DNA of 49,315 nt, counting the filler, from Sphacelaria rigidula (taxonomy: Eukaryota), in NCBI GenBank assembly GCA_964200075.2. It is 2 parts of 2 records of this genome, joined end to end, with 100 filler letters (N's around TTAATTAATTAA, not from the genome) between each part and the next. Parts side by side here need not be neighbours in the genome. Positions count along the whole stretch, not along the records: positions 24,729 to 49,315 come from CAXNAA020000196.1; 1 more part is not named here. One strand, written 5' to 3'. The position numbers and the translations under genes were made by a program. Of this stretch, positions 48,401-49,315 are shown one piece after another. Positions within the stretch are counted from its first letter, which is position 1. Every line of letters begins with the position of its first letter. Under the pieces are notes generated by a model. That model made no database searches. It saw only the letters and a list, made by a program, of their open reading frames with translations, and was not told where the DNA came from.

Positions 48401-49315
48401 CTGCTGGGAGGTCGTTCGATCGAGAAAAATAATACGCGACCAAGCGAGTTGTTTGGGACGAAACTCGGTGAGGCTTGGGATGTAGTTTGCCTGCTGGCAG
48501 GGGTAACTAGTGGATATTTCAGCAGTAGCTTCCCTGTTTGTGGGCAAACTAGATGAGGTCCCGGGTGTAGTTTGCCTCCTTTGCCTGCTGGGAGGTCGTT
48601 CGATCGAGCAGAAAACAAATCACGACCAAGCGAGGTGTATGGGGGCAAACTTGGTGAGGCTTCTGGTGTGGTTTGCCTGCGGGCAGGGGAAACTAGCGGA
48701 TATTTCAGGAGCCGTTTCCTTGCTTGGGGGCGAACTACATGAGGTCTCGGGTGCAGTTTGCCTGCTGGGATGTCGTTCGATCGAGCAAAATAATACTCCA
48801 CCAAGCGAGTTGTTTGGGAGCAAACTCGGTGAGGCTTCGGGTGTAGTTTGCTTGCTGGCAGAGGTAACAAGTGGATATTTCAGCAGTAGTTTCCCTGCTC
48901 GTGGGCAAACTAGACGAGGATTCGGGTGCAGTTTGTCTCCTTTGCCTGCTGGGAGGTCGTTCGATCGAGCAAAATTTTACACCGCCGAACGAGGTGTTTG
49001 AGGGGAAACTCGGTGAGGTTTCAGGAGTAGTTTGCCTGCTGGGAGGGGTAACTAGTGGACATTCCAGAAGCAGTTTCCCTGCTCGGGGGCAAACTAGAAG
49101 AGGTCTCGGGTGTAGTTTGCCTGCTGGCAGGGGTAACTAGGGGATATTTCAGGAGCAGTTTCCCTGTTTGTGAGCAAACTAGACGAGGTCCCGGGTGAAG
49201 TTTGCCTGCTTGGAGGTCGTTTGATCGTGCAAAAAACAAATCACGACCAAGCGAGGTGTATGGGGGCAAACTTGGTGAGGCTTCTGGTGTGGTTTGCCTG
49301 CTGGCAGGGGTAACT
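42500..49315. repeat. Satellite array, ~175-176-bp A/B heterodimer of ~86-90-bp monomers, running off the window end
   Basis: A shared core ggggcaaact(ag/cg)rtgaggyttcgggtgtrgtttgcctgctgg is followed alternately by gaggtcgttcgatcgagc…cacgacc… and caggggtaactagtggacatttcagcagtagtttccc…. The same motif recurs at 44105, 44281, 44456 and 44632. Confidence 0.97.

Noticed and set aside
42560-49269. Dozens of ORFs such as …LVTPASRQTTPEASPSLPPN…
   Set aside because: They are satellite-derived, with frequent frameshifts and no consistent frame.
42500-49315. CRISPR array (hairpin repeat plus ~45-bp spacers)
   Set aside because: The spacers are not unique and fall into two to four recurring classes. 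The repeats are degenerate, no cas genes are visible, and the context is eukaryotic.
42500-49315. Hammerhead ribozyme in the satellite (ctagatgag / ccgaaac)
   Set aside because: The CUGANGA-like and GAAA-like elements lie on opposite strands and the core is not canonical.

Overview
Eukaryotic, repeat-rich DNA, most likely from a brown alga. This is inferred from long GT-AG introns, a mannuronan C5-epimerase-like relic and phaeovirus-like ORF relics. The window is two contigs joined by an artificial 100-nt spacer (N44-TTAATTAATTAA-N44, 24629-24728), so the halves need not be neighbours. The left half holds a complete 10-exon non-RD Ser/Thr kinase gene (minus strand, 16539->4706, about 435 aa, assembled by hand), five MITE-like elements of three terminal/TSD types, and decayed copies of an unclassified coding element. 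The right half starts with the 3' end of a Gypsy-like LTR retrotransposon (chromo/Tudor-like tail, minisatellites, PPT, LTR). It continues with a 4.5-kb compound satellite and about 6 kb of decayed intronless virus-like ORFs. It ends with one intact 622-657 aa orphan ORF (Zn-finger-like motif, three internal repeats, NLS) and a >6.8-kb ~175-bp dimeric hairpin satellite that runs off the window. The best candidate for an undescribed system is this satellite-bracketed, virus-like island with its single intact orphan protein. All family assignments come from motif recognition by eye; no searches were run.
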